From assembly GCF_009914755.1 (NCBI RefSeq), contig NC_060939.1: 64,000 nucleotides of DNA; one strand, written 5' to 3'. Position numbers and translations under genes: made by a program. The stretch is from the human T2T-CHM13v2.0 reference genome, Homo sapiens. The notes under the pieces are model-generated. The model was not told the DNA's origin, made no database searches, and saw only the letters and a program-made list of their open reading frames with translations. Positions 10,959 to 26,619 of the stretch are shown here, in pieces. The stretch's first letter is position 1; the number at the start of each line of letters is the position of its first letter.

Positions 10959-12499
10959 CAGATGTGACAACACTAGAGCAGAGTCTCCCTGATTCCACCC
11001 TCAGGTCCCATCAACTAAATATGATCCCACTCCCCAGACCCCTCCATTTATACGGCACCAGTAACTAGACAGGAACAAAAAAGAGGTAGAATACATTCCT
11101 TTAAAAATATTCATGATTCCATTTGTTTTATGCCTTGGGCACAGAGTCCAGACTAATTTGCATGCATAGATGAAATATTTCAGTTTCTACTTAGAAAATA
11201 GCAGTGCTATCTATAATGTGGGAAGAAAGATATACTAAGTGCTTATGTGCTAAACTCAAAATCTTTTCTCCTCTCAATTAGCTCATATAGATATCAAGCT
11301 TGTGCTATACGCATTTTGCATTTAATGTATTTGTACAGCTTCTACTGGGATCATTTTAGAATCCTGAGCTCCCAAGTCTAGAGAAAGTATGCAAAGGCAG
11401 TTTTCATCTTAGGAGCTTGTTTTCAAAGTAAAGCTTATTTCTCTTGAGAAAATACTTCAATTTTAGACTTACTGACAATGTAAATTGTAAAACTGATTGG
11501 GTTGCCTTCTTTGATTTAGCCACTGGGAAGCTCAGAGCCAAATTAGCCACTTCCCTCAAACAGGGTTATGACTTACACTGTTTATACTCACCTTCATGTC
11601 CCTCTTCTGCCCTTCTGTCCTAGTAAGTACATAAATATGGATAAAAAAAATAAAGGAAGTAGGAGCTCATTTTGGTGCCTCTTGAACACTCATCTATCAC
11701 CTCCTGCACCAGAAGTCCTGTAGGGATCAGGCAAGTACCATAAATGTGTGGGATAGGCCAGGGGTACCCCAGTGAGGGGCTATGAAGACTGTGGAGAACT
11801 GGAGAGCACATCCCCCAGTTAAAGGCTCAAAAGTTTTAAAAACAAACAAACAAAAATGGTAATCACCGTGCTGTCAAAATGCACCTACGGGCCACATCTG
11901 CCCACTGGCAGCCCCCTTGCCTAAGCCACAGAGAGGAGGCCCAGGACCTGCTTCAAGTCAAGTGACTCTAGGAGAGATATGTGAGAAACACTTCCATTTT
12001 GGAGAGATTGTTTACACCAGCAGTCAATCTCCATCCTTTAATTTTCACTTTGGAATAACTATTCCAGCCTGAATAGGAGGAAAAGTGTTAAATTCCTGAT
12101 TGAAGAGAAGTGGATGCTAAGGAAATGTTTGGTAAATGAGCTATTGAATGAGGCTCATTCTTTCCGCTCCCAAAATCTGCTTGAGTGTTGGGAGTTATCA
12201 CTGAAGCAATCCATGCTCATTGTAGGCAAGATAAACATATGGACACAAACCAGAAAGAAAACACAAATGCATATAGGCAGGACGCAGAGGTGACATAGCC
12301 ACTTAGCACCTCAGTGTATGTATTCCAGGCACGTATGTGTGCTTGTGTGAGTATAGTGCATATGCCTACTTTTATTCCCAACTTGCGTTTTTCTAGGAAC
12401 TTCTTTCTTCCAGGGAAAAATTTATTATTTCCCTAAATTATTTTCCTAAACTCTTAGGAAATATGGCACAGAAGATATGGCAATCACAAAATCTCTTCC

Positions 12500-14232
<1,733 letters not shown>

Positions 14233-14531
14233 GGCCAGGTGTGGTGGCTCATGTCTATAACCTCAGCACTTTGGGAGGCCGAGGTGGGTGGATCACCTGA
14301 GGTCAGGAGACCGAGACCAGCCTGGCCAATGTGGCGAAAACCCATCTCTACTAAAAATACAAAAATTAGCCAGGTGTGGGGGCTCAGGCCTGTGCGCCAG
14401 CTACTCGAGAGGCTGAGGCAGGAGAATCAGCCTGAACCAGGGAGGCAGAGGTTGCAGTGAGCTGAGACTGTGCCAGTGCACTCCAGCCTGGGCAGCAGAG
14501 TGAGACCCTGTCTCAAAATAAATAAATAAAT
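14233..14531 (+). mobile_element. AluS (Sx-like)
   Basis: Full dimer, ggatcacctgaggtcagg, (taaa)n tail, degenerate TSD aaagtatact/aaatatact. Confidence 0.96.
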
Positions 14532-14639
14532 AAATATACTTTAATAAAGGCATAATCTAATTTCATTAAAGTCCAAATAACAATGATAATACATATGGTG
14601 GATAATAAGAATTCACTCACTTAAAATAAAGATATCTTA

Positions 14640-15410
14640 AGAATTTTTAAAAACATCAGCTTAATAGATAAATGGGTGATGGATGTGAACAAGTAAATAA
14701 AAACAAGTCAATGAAGTACAAATGAATATTTGAAAAGATGGTCATTTACTTATATTAAAAGCATAAAATAACAGTCAGACATCATTTCTTGTCCGTTAGA
14801 TTTTTAAATATTAACACAATTTGGAATGTATTGTGTTTTCCAGGACTTGCGGAAGCAGGAACTCTTCCACACTGTTTGTGGAGGTACACATTAGTACAGC
14901 CTTTTCGGGCGCAATCTGGCAAAATCTGAAAGTGTGTAAACCCTTTCAACTGGAAAATTCATTGCTGAAAATTTACCATACAGTTATACTCAGTGTGTGC
15001 TCAAAGGTTTAAAAGAAAATGTTGGAGTTTTGCTTGCCAGATTTAAAAGAAAGGAAACAAAATAATGTCCGTAAGTATGGAAATAAGTAAATTCTGTTAT
15101 ATCCATACATTATACTTATACATAGCAAAAAAGAAGACAAATTTATATGCACCCATATGAAAAATAGCCATTCACTAAGTAAAGTAAGCTAATAGATATT
15201 TAATGTAATTTTATTTTTGTGAAAAATGTATATGTTTATAAGTGCAAAATAAGTGTATAAATGAGTACCCACCACTGTTCAGGGGCTTTCTTGGGATGGG
15301 AATAGGATTGCAGAGATGAGGACATGGTGAGGACTTTATTCTGTTTTCTTCAAGCAATTCTGTATTTTTTTTACAAGTCTGATTTATTTTTATAATTAAA
15401 AATTTCAAAA
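14640..15410 (+). mobile_element. Second, more decayed L1M fragment
   Basis: gcaggaactcttccacactgtttgtgg...tagtacagccttt...gcaatctggcaa follows the L1 ORF2 3' region. Confidence 0.7.
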
Positions 15411-15454
15411 CAAAATCAGTTCATCCCACTCTTTTTTCCCAAACCACTTCATGA

Positions 15455-15834
<380 letters not shown>

Positions 15835-16153
15835 TCAGATCCAATTTAACAGCTTCAGCAGTGTTTACTGATACACATATTCTCTCAGTTAATCTTCACA
15901 GCAGCCCTACGACATTGGGTCTGCGTAATACCTGGCTGGACTCTGAGGACCTAGCATCATGTCTGGCACATGGTGGGTGCTCCAATAAATATTCATAGAA
16001 AGTGACCTGAATACCCTCCCTCACTTTCTTCTACTGCCAACCTGAAATCCCAGTGCCTCTCCCCTTTGTGATGTGTCTACTCTGTGCACAGTGCTGTCTC
16101 GATGAAGGAGTGAGGAGAAAGAATGGGACACAAAGATGAATAAGACATGGTCC

Positions 16154-16487
<334 letters not shown>

Positions 16488-17095
16488 AAGACATGGTCCT
16501 TGCTCTTGTGGCTGTGGACAACAAAAATCTCAGCTATAGGTAGTCTCACAATTGGATCACACTACCTCGACCATCTGCCAAGTATGGTCAGGTCACCAAA
16601 GGTAGCACCCAAGATGACCTGGAGCAAATAAGCAGAACTTTCTCGAGTTTCTCTCATCTCTGAAGACATTTTCCCAGCCCTCGTAGCCATCGGGGCCTCT
16701 GGATGTTTGACTGAAGCATCACCCTGTTCTCCTTAAATACAAGGAACCTCCAAAACCTTATTTTTCTCTACTCCAAAGCCTGCTACCAAATCTGCGTTCC
16801 AGGAGAGAGGTTGTTAACCCAGGCACCTCTTTGACTAATAGAATGGGTCTCCCCTGATGGTGGTGGTGGGAGATGGTATCTTTGCATAAAAAGAACCTTC
16901 TTTCTCCTGTATTTTCCAGGGACACAAGGTTTATCTGAACACAGCAGCTCATGCTGCTCAGAATCAGGATTTAGTCAACTAAACTAGTTGGCCGGACAGC
17001 TGTCCCCACCTCCCACATCGCTCCCTGAGCATTGAGCCCAAAGGTTGATGAATGGAAGAGGACAAACCCTCCAGAGGGCAGAGAACCCATCCTCA

Positions 17096-17401
<306 letters not shown>

Positions 17402-19269
17402 CTACTAAATATGTCACTGCAGTGCTGCTCTCAGCTCAGCCATCAGTTGAAAGTCCCAAGCTGAGAATGGTATCCTGAGCTGTGGGCCACCAACTTCTCC
17501 CAGACCCTCTCAAGCGTGTTTGGGAAGCTCTCCTGGGAATACAAAGAAGCAGACTAAAGGGAGCATGAAGTAAGTCTCCAGACAGAGGCAGGAGTGAATA
17601 AGCAGTTTCAGAAACTGGTGGCTTATGAGCACTGAAATCCGGAAGCCCAGGAGGAAGGCTTTTAAGGAATACATGTCTCTCAAATGCCACCCAGGTTTCA
17701 TTTAAAGAAGTGATTCCTTCAGAAGTACAGGCAGGGGGCTCCTGGGGTCCAGGTTGCTTGGGGCCAATTGAAGAGAAGCCTAAGGCTGGAGGCACAATGG
17801 AAGGAATCAGAGGGGAGGTGGAATTCCTGGGAGAAGGAAAGAGGTACTGGCAGCAGGGCTGGCACCGACTCAGCCGCAGGAAATGAACAGCACAATCTGA
17901 ACCCTCCAGATGAGGTGGGAACAGACAGAAGGACACAGGGAGATACAAAAATGTATCCATTTGAAAGCGGTTCTCTCTGGAAGCCCACTCTCCTCCCAGA
18001 AGACACGTGCACCCGTGCCCGCAGAAGCACTCCCTGCCTGCAGCGTTGAGGTCCCATACACCAGCCAGACTCAGTGCCCACTCTCACCGGGCACCAGGCT
18101 GAGCAGGCACGGACACTTGTTTTGTCATTTCATGCTCCTGATGACATGCGGGGTGAGGACCATTATCGTCCCCATTTGCTGGTTGTGACACAGGGCTCAC
18201 AATGTTTAACAATTTGTCTGAGGTCATGTGTCCAGGGAGTAGAGGCGTGAACCGAGATGTGTTCAGGCATGTCAGGTGCATGCTCCTCCTGGAACCCTGT
18301 CTGAGAGGGCCCCGGGTGAGGGGCTGTAAAGCCCACATGGCTCCTTCCCTCCACGGAGACAAATGAGAAGGTTAACAATCCAGCTACCCTCCTGCGAGGT
18401 TTGAGGGACACAACATCAACGTACTTAGAATGCGTGTAACGACGGCACTTCATTAGGATGAAAACAGCAGCGCAGAACAGCATCACCTTTACTCTCAGAT
18501 CAGCTTCTCATGACAGGAGCAGAAGTTCAGAAAGTTACAGGTTGAGGTAGGGAATTCTTTTTCAACAGAATTTCAGAAGCAGTGAGTTCTAGTCCTAATT
18601 CTGCCCCAACCTGTTTTTGGGGTAAGAGAAGGTGAAATTTAAGCTGGGCCTTGGAAGATGGGGAGGATGGGGGTAGGGCTGATAAAAGCAAAGATCTGAA
18701 GGTGGGTGGGCCTCTCCGTTGAGAGCGAGGGTCTCTATTAGCAGAGGGAGACGGGCTCTGCCCACAGTGCTGTCTTCAGTGTTGCTGTTTCTCCCAAGAA
18801 TTTACCCTCTCCACCCAAGATGTTTAGTCTGTCTCTTGTTGACATAATACCTGTTGTACCTACCATGATGCACAATGTTTTTCCATTACACCTCCCATCC
18901 TCAAGCAAATTGGAGAGCATAGCATAAAAAGCTGTCACCATAGATGCATGGTGACCACTGTATTAAATGCATTGGATGCAGAGGAAGTTATTCATGTTCA
19001 CCCAGGAGTCTCTCTTGAAGCCCTCCACATCTGAGTGGAGGCTGGGGAGCAATAGACACCCGCAGCATGCAGGGAGATGGGGGCTTATAACCTTCCTGAC
19101 AGTTACAGTATGATGTCAGACCTTGGGTGCTGCCTCACACTTTCAAACAACATCAAACTTGGACTCTCCGAGTACACAGACCTAGAAGGAAGAAACTGCT
19201 CTCTCATCCTAAAGAACCCTCCCAGTCTCCCAGACCTTCCTTCCCAATTTCTTAAAGAATGGTCTCGGT

Positions 19270-20230
19270 GCCAACTTAAATATTGCATTTGGTTGGGAGA
19301 GGAGGAACCGCGAGCCCAGAATGGAAGTCAAATTATTCCACAAATATTGCTTATTTAAATAACATTTAAAAAATACATCATGTTCAGTGGTGAAGAACTA
19401 CTAAATTATTGAATTCCCCAAAGCATCCTATAAGCTTTAAAGTGGCTCATGAAGCCCTATAAAAGAATATAATAAATAGACAAAAAGGAACGCCGGGCTC
19501 CATGTCAGAATGCCTGTGTGCGCCAACGCTAAACATCTTCATGTAATCTTTCCACTTAAACCAATGATTAAACAGATTAAACAGATGATTAAACAAATAA
19601 AGATTAATGAAACAAGTAAAGTAATCAAATCTGTATGGGTGTATAAACGCATGATTCCAGACAATATTAGAACAAATTGTCTAAAACTAATAGCGAATGC
19701 GTCAGTTCAGCTCCAACAGCTTTTGTTGGGCTCTCACTTGGATGTAATCAAAACATTTGTTTAAACTAAGATGGATATGAGGCGCTAAGATGTCAGTTTT
19801 TTGAAAGAGAAAAATAAAACAAAAGCAATGTCTTTGGTGAGGAGATTGGCACCGCCAATAGGGCTGCATTACTGAGGAATCTGGGAATGTTGCGTTAAGG
19901 GATACCCTGAAATTTAATATCTCTCTATTTTTGAAAATAGGCTCTGCCCAAATTATAAATATAAGCAAGCCAAAAGAAGACGGTGATATCTAAAGTACTT
20001 GAGAATTTGAGAGGGATAGAAAAACTGTTCAACCACCCCTCCACCCCCAGTGCTTTAGAAACCCCTTTTTAATTATTAGTCATTGATATGCTAATTACAA
20101 CACATGCTTATCATTTTCTTCTTTCCTTGAGAAGCAAACTATTCCCTGTGTGCTCTTGCAAGGAATAAAATGGGATTTCTTAGCAAGAATGTTCTATTCA
20201 GATTTTTTTTTTATTAATTAAAACTAGTGA
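19270..20230. promoter_or_regulatory. Candidate developmental enhancer block
   Basis: Repeat-free, AT-rich with retained CpGs; GATTAAACA array; ttttaattattagtcattgatatgctaattacaa (homeodomain/octamer-like). Confidence 0.55.
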
Positions 20231-20329
20231 ATTTTTTTTGTCCTACTTAGGAGTTACTTGGTTTCAACCTGCTGACGGGTACTGGGGTTTTAATTGCAAT
20301 TTGTTTGTGATTCCTGGCAGAGGAAGTCT

Positions 20330-20482
20330 AAACCCTTGCTACTCCAGGCGTGGCCCTTGAACCAGCAGCCTCACATAGAAGCCCATTGGAAATGCAGGTT
20401 CTCGGGCCCTGTCCCAACCTGCTGAATCGGGATCTTTGTTTTAGTATTTTTCTCAGATAGAATTTGAGAGGCACTGAACCGT
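20330..20482. mobile_element. MER5A
   Basis: ggaaatgcaggttctcgggccctgtcccaacctgctgaatcgg. Confidence 0.75.
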
Positions 20483-20767
20483 GTAGTTTGGGCGGTGGAA
20501 AATTCTCTCAGCATGTCAGCAAAGAGGTAAAGAGAGAAGGGCCATTATCTTTCTTCAAGGTAAGACTCTGTAAGAAATGCTTTGAAAACATTATTTTGGG
20601 AAGAGTGGCTAGCTGGGGGTCTGCTGCAATGTTTCAGCTGGGACCACAGGGCCTCTCGGGGTAAAGAGAGCAACCTCACACTGTGTCTGTCCTGCTCCTG
20701 GGGGCCTGGCCGCTGCTGCCTGCTGGGACAGTGGATGCAGGCTGTGAGGGGAGGTGTCTTGGTTGAC

Positions 20768-21215
20768 ACTGTCGGATTGCGAGCAACAGAAATCAGACTA
20801 GACTAAGAAAAAACATGAGTCGTTTGCTTGTTTCTTTTCTGTAAAGATGCAAGGAAGCTCCCAGAACCTACAGGCAAAATGCTGCTTCACAAAAGTACTG
20901 ATGCTATCGCCCAGACAGCCCCATGACTCTCTCTCTTTCTCTCTCATTCTTTCCTCTGCCTCTCTCTGAGTCTCTGTTTTATGCTGTCTCTTTGCAAACC
21001 AGCTTGCTCTGTCTCTAGCTTTTGTCACAGCTATCTGCCCAACTATACCCATGGGAGACATATTACTTCCAGCTACCTACAGACTTTGTCTCTTGGCCAA
21101 GTTCCAAATTCAAGGTGAGACACCACAGGTGGCTTTGTTTAAGTAGTGACTACACAGTCCAATCAGCTATGGGGGTGAGACCATGTCGAACAGCCATGCC
21201 TATGGGGAACATAGC
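20768..21215 (-). mobile_element. Old MaLR LTR (MLT1K/L-like)
   Basis: ggattgcgagcaacagaaatcagactag start; ttccaaattc...ccaatcagctatgg. Confidence 0.5.
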
Positions 21216-21228
21216 CCTGTGCATGGCT

Positions 21229-21230
<2 letters not shown>

Positions 21231-21287
<57 letters not shown>

Positions 21288-21300
21288 AAGTGTGTGTGTG
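21231..21300. repeat. Compound microsatellite (TG)16(AG)12 aaag (TG)5
   Basis: Direct read. Confidence 0.96.
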
Positions 21301-22529
21301 TTCTCAGACAGATGGAAGCACAGTAACTCACCCAGGGTTAGACAGTAGTGACAGAGAAAACACTGTGGGCCTCAGCCTCCTCTGAGCCCTCCTCAGTAGT
21401 CTTCCTGGGGTCCTGTATGAGCTAAGTGAGCCTCATTGTCACTCCCCTTGCCCTCTCTCCATGCCATCACCTCCCTTTCAGCACCAGAGTCTGGTCTTCA
21501 GTGCTCACAGGCTGTCCCCTCACTGTTCAGAAAATACCGTACCTGTTGGGGTTCCTTAGTGTCTTGAAATGTGCTGACAATGGCCAAAATGCCAACATCC
21601 TCAGACCCTGATCTCTGAAGGAGGTTTGCACCTAATAGCATAAAGCAGTCTGTGTGATGCCACGGATGGCAATGCGTGGCTGCACCATCCCTCCAGGGTA
21701 GCTTGTGGGTATCTCACAGGGGCCTCCAGAAAACGGCACCTGCTCTGGAAGGTGGAAGTGCAGTTATTTGGGGAGATATTTGAGAGAGGAGATATTTAGG
21801 AGTGGAATTGCTTTTTTGGAATTCCCTAATCATTCCCAAATCAGGGGATTGAGAGAGGGAGAGATCAAGAAAGTGGAGAGAAATCGATTAAAACTCAAAG
21901 AGCCTGTTAAAAATACAGAAGCCTGGGCCCCACCAGATGGTCCTGAATCAGAAGCTCTGGAGGTAGAATTTGGGAATGTAATTACTAAACTTCCCTTGGC
22001 ACCACTCCCCCACCACCCTTCACCCAAGTGACTGACTTGGCCTAGCCATATGGGCACCTAGAAACCACTAGACTGGCCAGACAGGGACCCAGGGGGCCAG
22101 GAGAGGTCCCTTGTTCTATGGTCAAACAGCAAGTTGGTGGTGGGCCTGAGACTGAAGTCTGGGTCTCTCAACTCACATTCTAGTATGTTCCCCCAAGCAG
22201 GGCAAGGCTCAAAGACAGGGGAAGGGGAAGCCAACCAAGAAAAAGATATAAACTTCTTTAGATAGGAACAAAAATATTCAGAAGTCAGAAAGGCTTTAGT
22301 GTGCACAGCTGCTGGCACCAGGTTAAGGATGCCAGGACTGCCCCTCTCCTGGGCCAACTAGAGTCCCCTCCCAGCCCACCCCAGAGTGCAGACTTGGTCA
22401 CACTCCCCACTCATTATTAACTCAGGACCTGTGGCAAGGGAAAAGACCAGAGACCTTGGAGTCAAAGGGGCCTGGGTCCAAGCTTTGGTTCTGCTCTTTG
22501 TGTGATCTAAGAACAAGTTCCTAAATGTC

Positions 22530-22980
22530 TCAATGTCTCAGTTCCTGTCTGGACATCAGTCCCCTCCAGAGCAGAGTCCAAGAAACAGGCTTGTCTGTAG
22601 GTCATTTACCTTGGAAAGGATCCAGAAGGAAGGACCAGCCAGGGGAACGTGGGAGGTGGGAAGCTCATACAAGGATCCATTATGGAGTAAGCCACTGCTA
22701 CAGTCACCTTCTGAGCCACCCTAGAGAATACATCACAGAAACATCCATGCAGGGAGGAATGGAGAAAACATTCCTCGCTGGCTTCTGTTCCTCCCTGGTT
22801 AAGGGCAGCTCCACAGCTCCCTCCCCTGCCCATGGGGTCCCCAAGCCACCTGATGCTTTGGCATCAGAGAAGCCCTGGGATAGGAAGTGAAAGCCCCCAG
22901 AATAGTGGGTAAAACCTGCTTGGAACTGCTCATCACAGTGGCTGGAGCAAGAGGTGGGACCAAGATTTTCATAAGGTATC
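22530..22980 (-). mobile_element. ERVL LTR (LTR33/LTR16-like)
   Basis: ctccagagcagagtccaagaaacaggcttgtctgtaggtcatttaccttggaaaggatcc resembles an antisense LTR33 terminus. Confidence 0.55.
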
Positions 22981-25900
22981 TGATAGAGTTCCCTGTATGG
23001 TTTTTATGGGATAAGAGCAGAGTAACAACCCAGAATCAGGGCTGCAAGCAACAGAAACTAGCTGTGGTTATCACAAGCAGAAAGGACCTCAGAATCAACA
23101 GGGAACTGAAGAGCAAGGCTTGCAAAATGGAGAAAACGAACGTAGCTGCTGACAGCCAAGCGGTAGGTGGCAAAATGAGCAGGTCCACTGCTGTGGGGCT
23201 CTGTCATGAGTCCACTCTAATGGTCCCTTTACCTTTGATGATTTGCTCATGATTCAGAATCCAGGTGGGAGTGTCTGAACTATAGGAAGTAGGCCAGGTG
23301 TCCTCACCAGAAATGCCCCCGGATGACTAGCAAGGAAGCATCTTACCCCATTTGCTTTCCAAGGTGGAAGGCAGGGCTTTACCTTCCACCAAGACTCATC
23401 GCTAGGAGAGGACTTAGGTTTTGGCAGCCCAAAGAACGAAAAATATTACTATTTAATACATACCGCATGTGAAATGTGCCCAATAGAGAGGCTGATGCTT
23501 GGTTGTTGCTCAAGAAAACTCAAGGAAGCTGAGTGATTCACAGCACATGATGAAGTTGTCTTTCTGACTTTCTCTGGTCCCATGCCTCACACTGTGACTG
23601 ACCAGTGGGTTTCTATAAGGAACCGCAGGCCTCATTAAAGCCAAACCCAGAACCCACCAGGGAAGCTTCCTGGTGAGAAGAGGCCACTGTACTGACAAGT
23701 TCCCAGCTGTTCTCCCTCAGCTCTGCCTCCCTGCAGGATTAACTTTGATTTCTGCTGCCCAGAGAGATCAAGTCTCTTTCAGAACACTTTGCTCCTTTCT
23801 AGCCCTGGAGAGTTTAAGGATTTATGTTTGTGTTGATGAGGGAGGTGCTTTCTCATACCATCAGGGAGCCCTAACATGAGAGAGCTGGAAAGGATCCTAG
23901 AGAGAGTCTCTCCATTGTCTGGATGGGGACACTGAGTCCAGAAAAGGTTGTCCAAGATAACATAGCTTGTGAACATCAGGGCAAGAACAAGGGACTCAGT
24001 TACAAAATCTCTCAACTCTTCCCTCTGGATTGGTCAGCTCTCCACACACACCCGCCCCCAACCCGCCTCCCCCAACAATAGGATGCTTTAACTCAATCAC
24101 ATCTTTAGAGACTGCCTTTAAAAAGAGGCTCTTTCAAGTATCAAGCCCAGCCTTCTCTTGCTTCCCCACTCACTCCTGAGCTACTTCTGAGCCATTTCCC
24201 TTGTGTGCAAAGGTTGGCAGTGATGGTGTTTTGAGTGCTTTCTATGACAAAGAGCCAATTTGAAGACCATGAAGATCTGCAAATGTGCCAAGACAAGGAC
24301 ATTTCAGCAGAACCATGACACCACGTCCTCTTAGACCTGGAAAGAATTTTGGAGAATTCCAAAATTAAGAATGAAGCTTTATTTTGCCAATGAAGAAACA
24401 AAACCCATAGATGAAAAGTGACTTTCCCAAGGTCCCACAGCTAATCCGTGGCAGATCCAGGCCTAGAGTTAAATTCCGTTCTCCAAGTATGATGTTCCTT
24501 CCATCCCATTATGCTGGAGAATGCTTCCCCATCCCAAATGGCTTATCCGTTGAGTCATCTCTGGCAAAGTCCTTTGGCAAACTTTCGCCCTTCCTTTGTC
24601 CTCAAAAACAACATCTTTCCACACCACTTTGCAAGCATCCATTTGCTGTCCTAAAATTACTGCAGCCTCATTTGCTTATTTTAGCTACAATGGGTCTGCA
24701 ATTTACACTCAGCTTGTGTGAGTTGCCCAAAAGCCAGAATCAGTCCCCAATCCCCAGGCAAGCCTGTCTTTGAGTGGAGACCATAAAATGCAGGCCAGTT
24801 ATGGCCAAAAAAAATATCAAGGAGGAAAGGATTTAACGGGCTTCTGCACTTTCCACATTCCCTGGGTCACTAAAGAAGCTACTTCCATTAAGAATTCTCA
24901 CTCGTCTGTAACCCAAGAAATAAATCAGGTGCTCAACTGAACCACACTTCCAGGGTGGCTCCCCATCATGCATCAGGGAGTTGGCACTGCGGGCACCAAT
25001 ATTTATAGATCAGGTCAAGCAATGACACATTAAGCACGTTCTAAGAAACAGAGGTCTTTGCATGCTCGACACCAACAGGGAAGGAGTGAAAGAAATGGAG
25101 CACTGGAGACCTGCAGAATGTTTCAAGCAGCCTTGAGGACCTGGAGGGCACTGTGGGAAGTAGACAGGAATTCCCAAGTGCTTTTCAATATCCATTTAAT
25201 CATCCAATAGTTCCCATACTTTAAGGTGGTTGTCTGAATTGTGGGTTTAAGCAAACAGCATGCTTTTCAGCTTCAATCCATCCTTGTATTCCTGCAGTGC
25301 CCAGCACAGTAGCTGGCACACACTGTCTGCTGAAGGAATTAATTAATCCCTTTACAAAATAAAAGTGATCCAGTCTTGCTCATAGTTCTACCCAGCGAGG
25401 GTACACTCACTGAGTAACTGCTTGGTAAGTAGCTTTCCATAGGGTGCCCCATGGCTCCTGCCTTCAAGGCGCAGGCAATTTAGCAGAGGAAACAAGCAGC
25501 ACACATGTGGTCTGATGATATTTTTAGTCTTTAATGTGCTTTCTTTTTTGCTTTCTTGGAGGGTGACCTTGGTCCATCTCAGGGAACTGTCTGCCTGGAG
25601 AGAGATTAGACTTTGTTTCCAAAGGGATGCAGAAAGAAAGATTGAGGCAATATTCAGTTATTGACAGACAAAATAGGATTACGCATGAGAGCACTAGTCT
25701 AGTGGTGAACCCAGCTATTGTCTCAGAAAGGATATTTAAAATTCCTTTATCTTCTCCACTAGCATGCTAACCACCAAGACCAGGGGATAGTTCACACTCT
25801 TCCTAAAATCAGTGGGCAAAACATGGGCCCCGTTTGCCATTAAGGCTCAAGCAATCTGGTCAAGCAATGACACATTAAGACCCAGCCAAAAGTTGGAGGT

Positions 25901-26619
25901 GGAAAGAGGGAGAATACAATGGGTGTGAGCCCCTCACTCTCCCCCAACATAGGAATGGCTGCAGCAGGGGGTGATGAACCCTTCACCAAGGCTAGGGGTG
26001 GACTGCAGGCCAGAGGGCTAGACACAGGACTGGCTGACCTCAGCAGGTCTGCATCCATGGGCATTGAGAAGAGGCAGAGTCAGCCAAAAGGTGCCACTGA
26101 ACTATGGAGACCCATCACAGTCTTCCCCTGCCTCAGGCTCTGGCAGCAAATGATCCCAGAGCAAACAACACCCAGGTGGACAGGGCAGAGGAGGACAGGA
26201 CACCCCATCCAGGGGCTTAGACTCATCCCCCACACTGTCACCATATGGATTTGTAAGCCCATCTTCCCATGTATGTGGACCTCACCTTAGCAAGTGCAAC
26301 AGTTGAGTATTTTTACTCCAATGAGCAAAAATTTTCCTAGGGGGGCTGTTCAAAATTATTAGAGCCAACTACATTCAGTCATATTAAAAAATTCAAATTG
26401 TTTTTTTTCCCTGCTCACCAGTATTGAGAGGAAGATCTGGTTATTGAAAAATAGCAACCAGTTATATTTTCTCTGCATATAGGAATACATATATCTCCTG
26501 TGCAGGGGAGTGTGTGATGATGGCCAAATGAACGGAAGGATAGGAGGCCAGCAGAAGCCCAGAGCAAGACCAGGCAAGGAGAGAGTGGGCATTTCTCATT
26601 CCTGTCTGACCGGCTCTAC

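Noticed and set aside
17436-17960. 174-aa minus-strand ORF
   Set aside because: No recognisable domain, composition typical of random GC-rich DNA, no supporting splice or promoter context.
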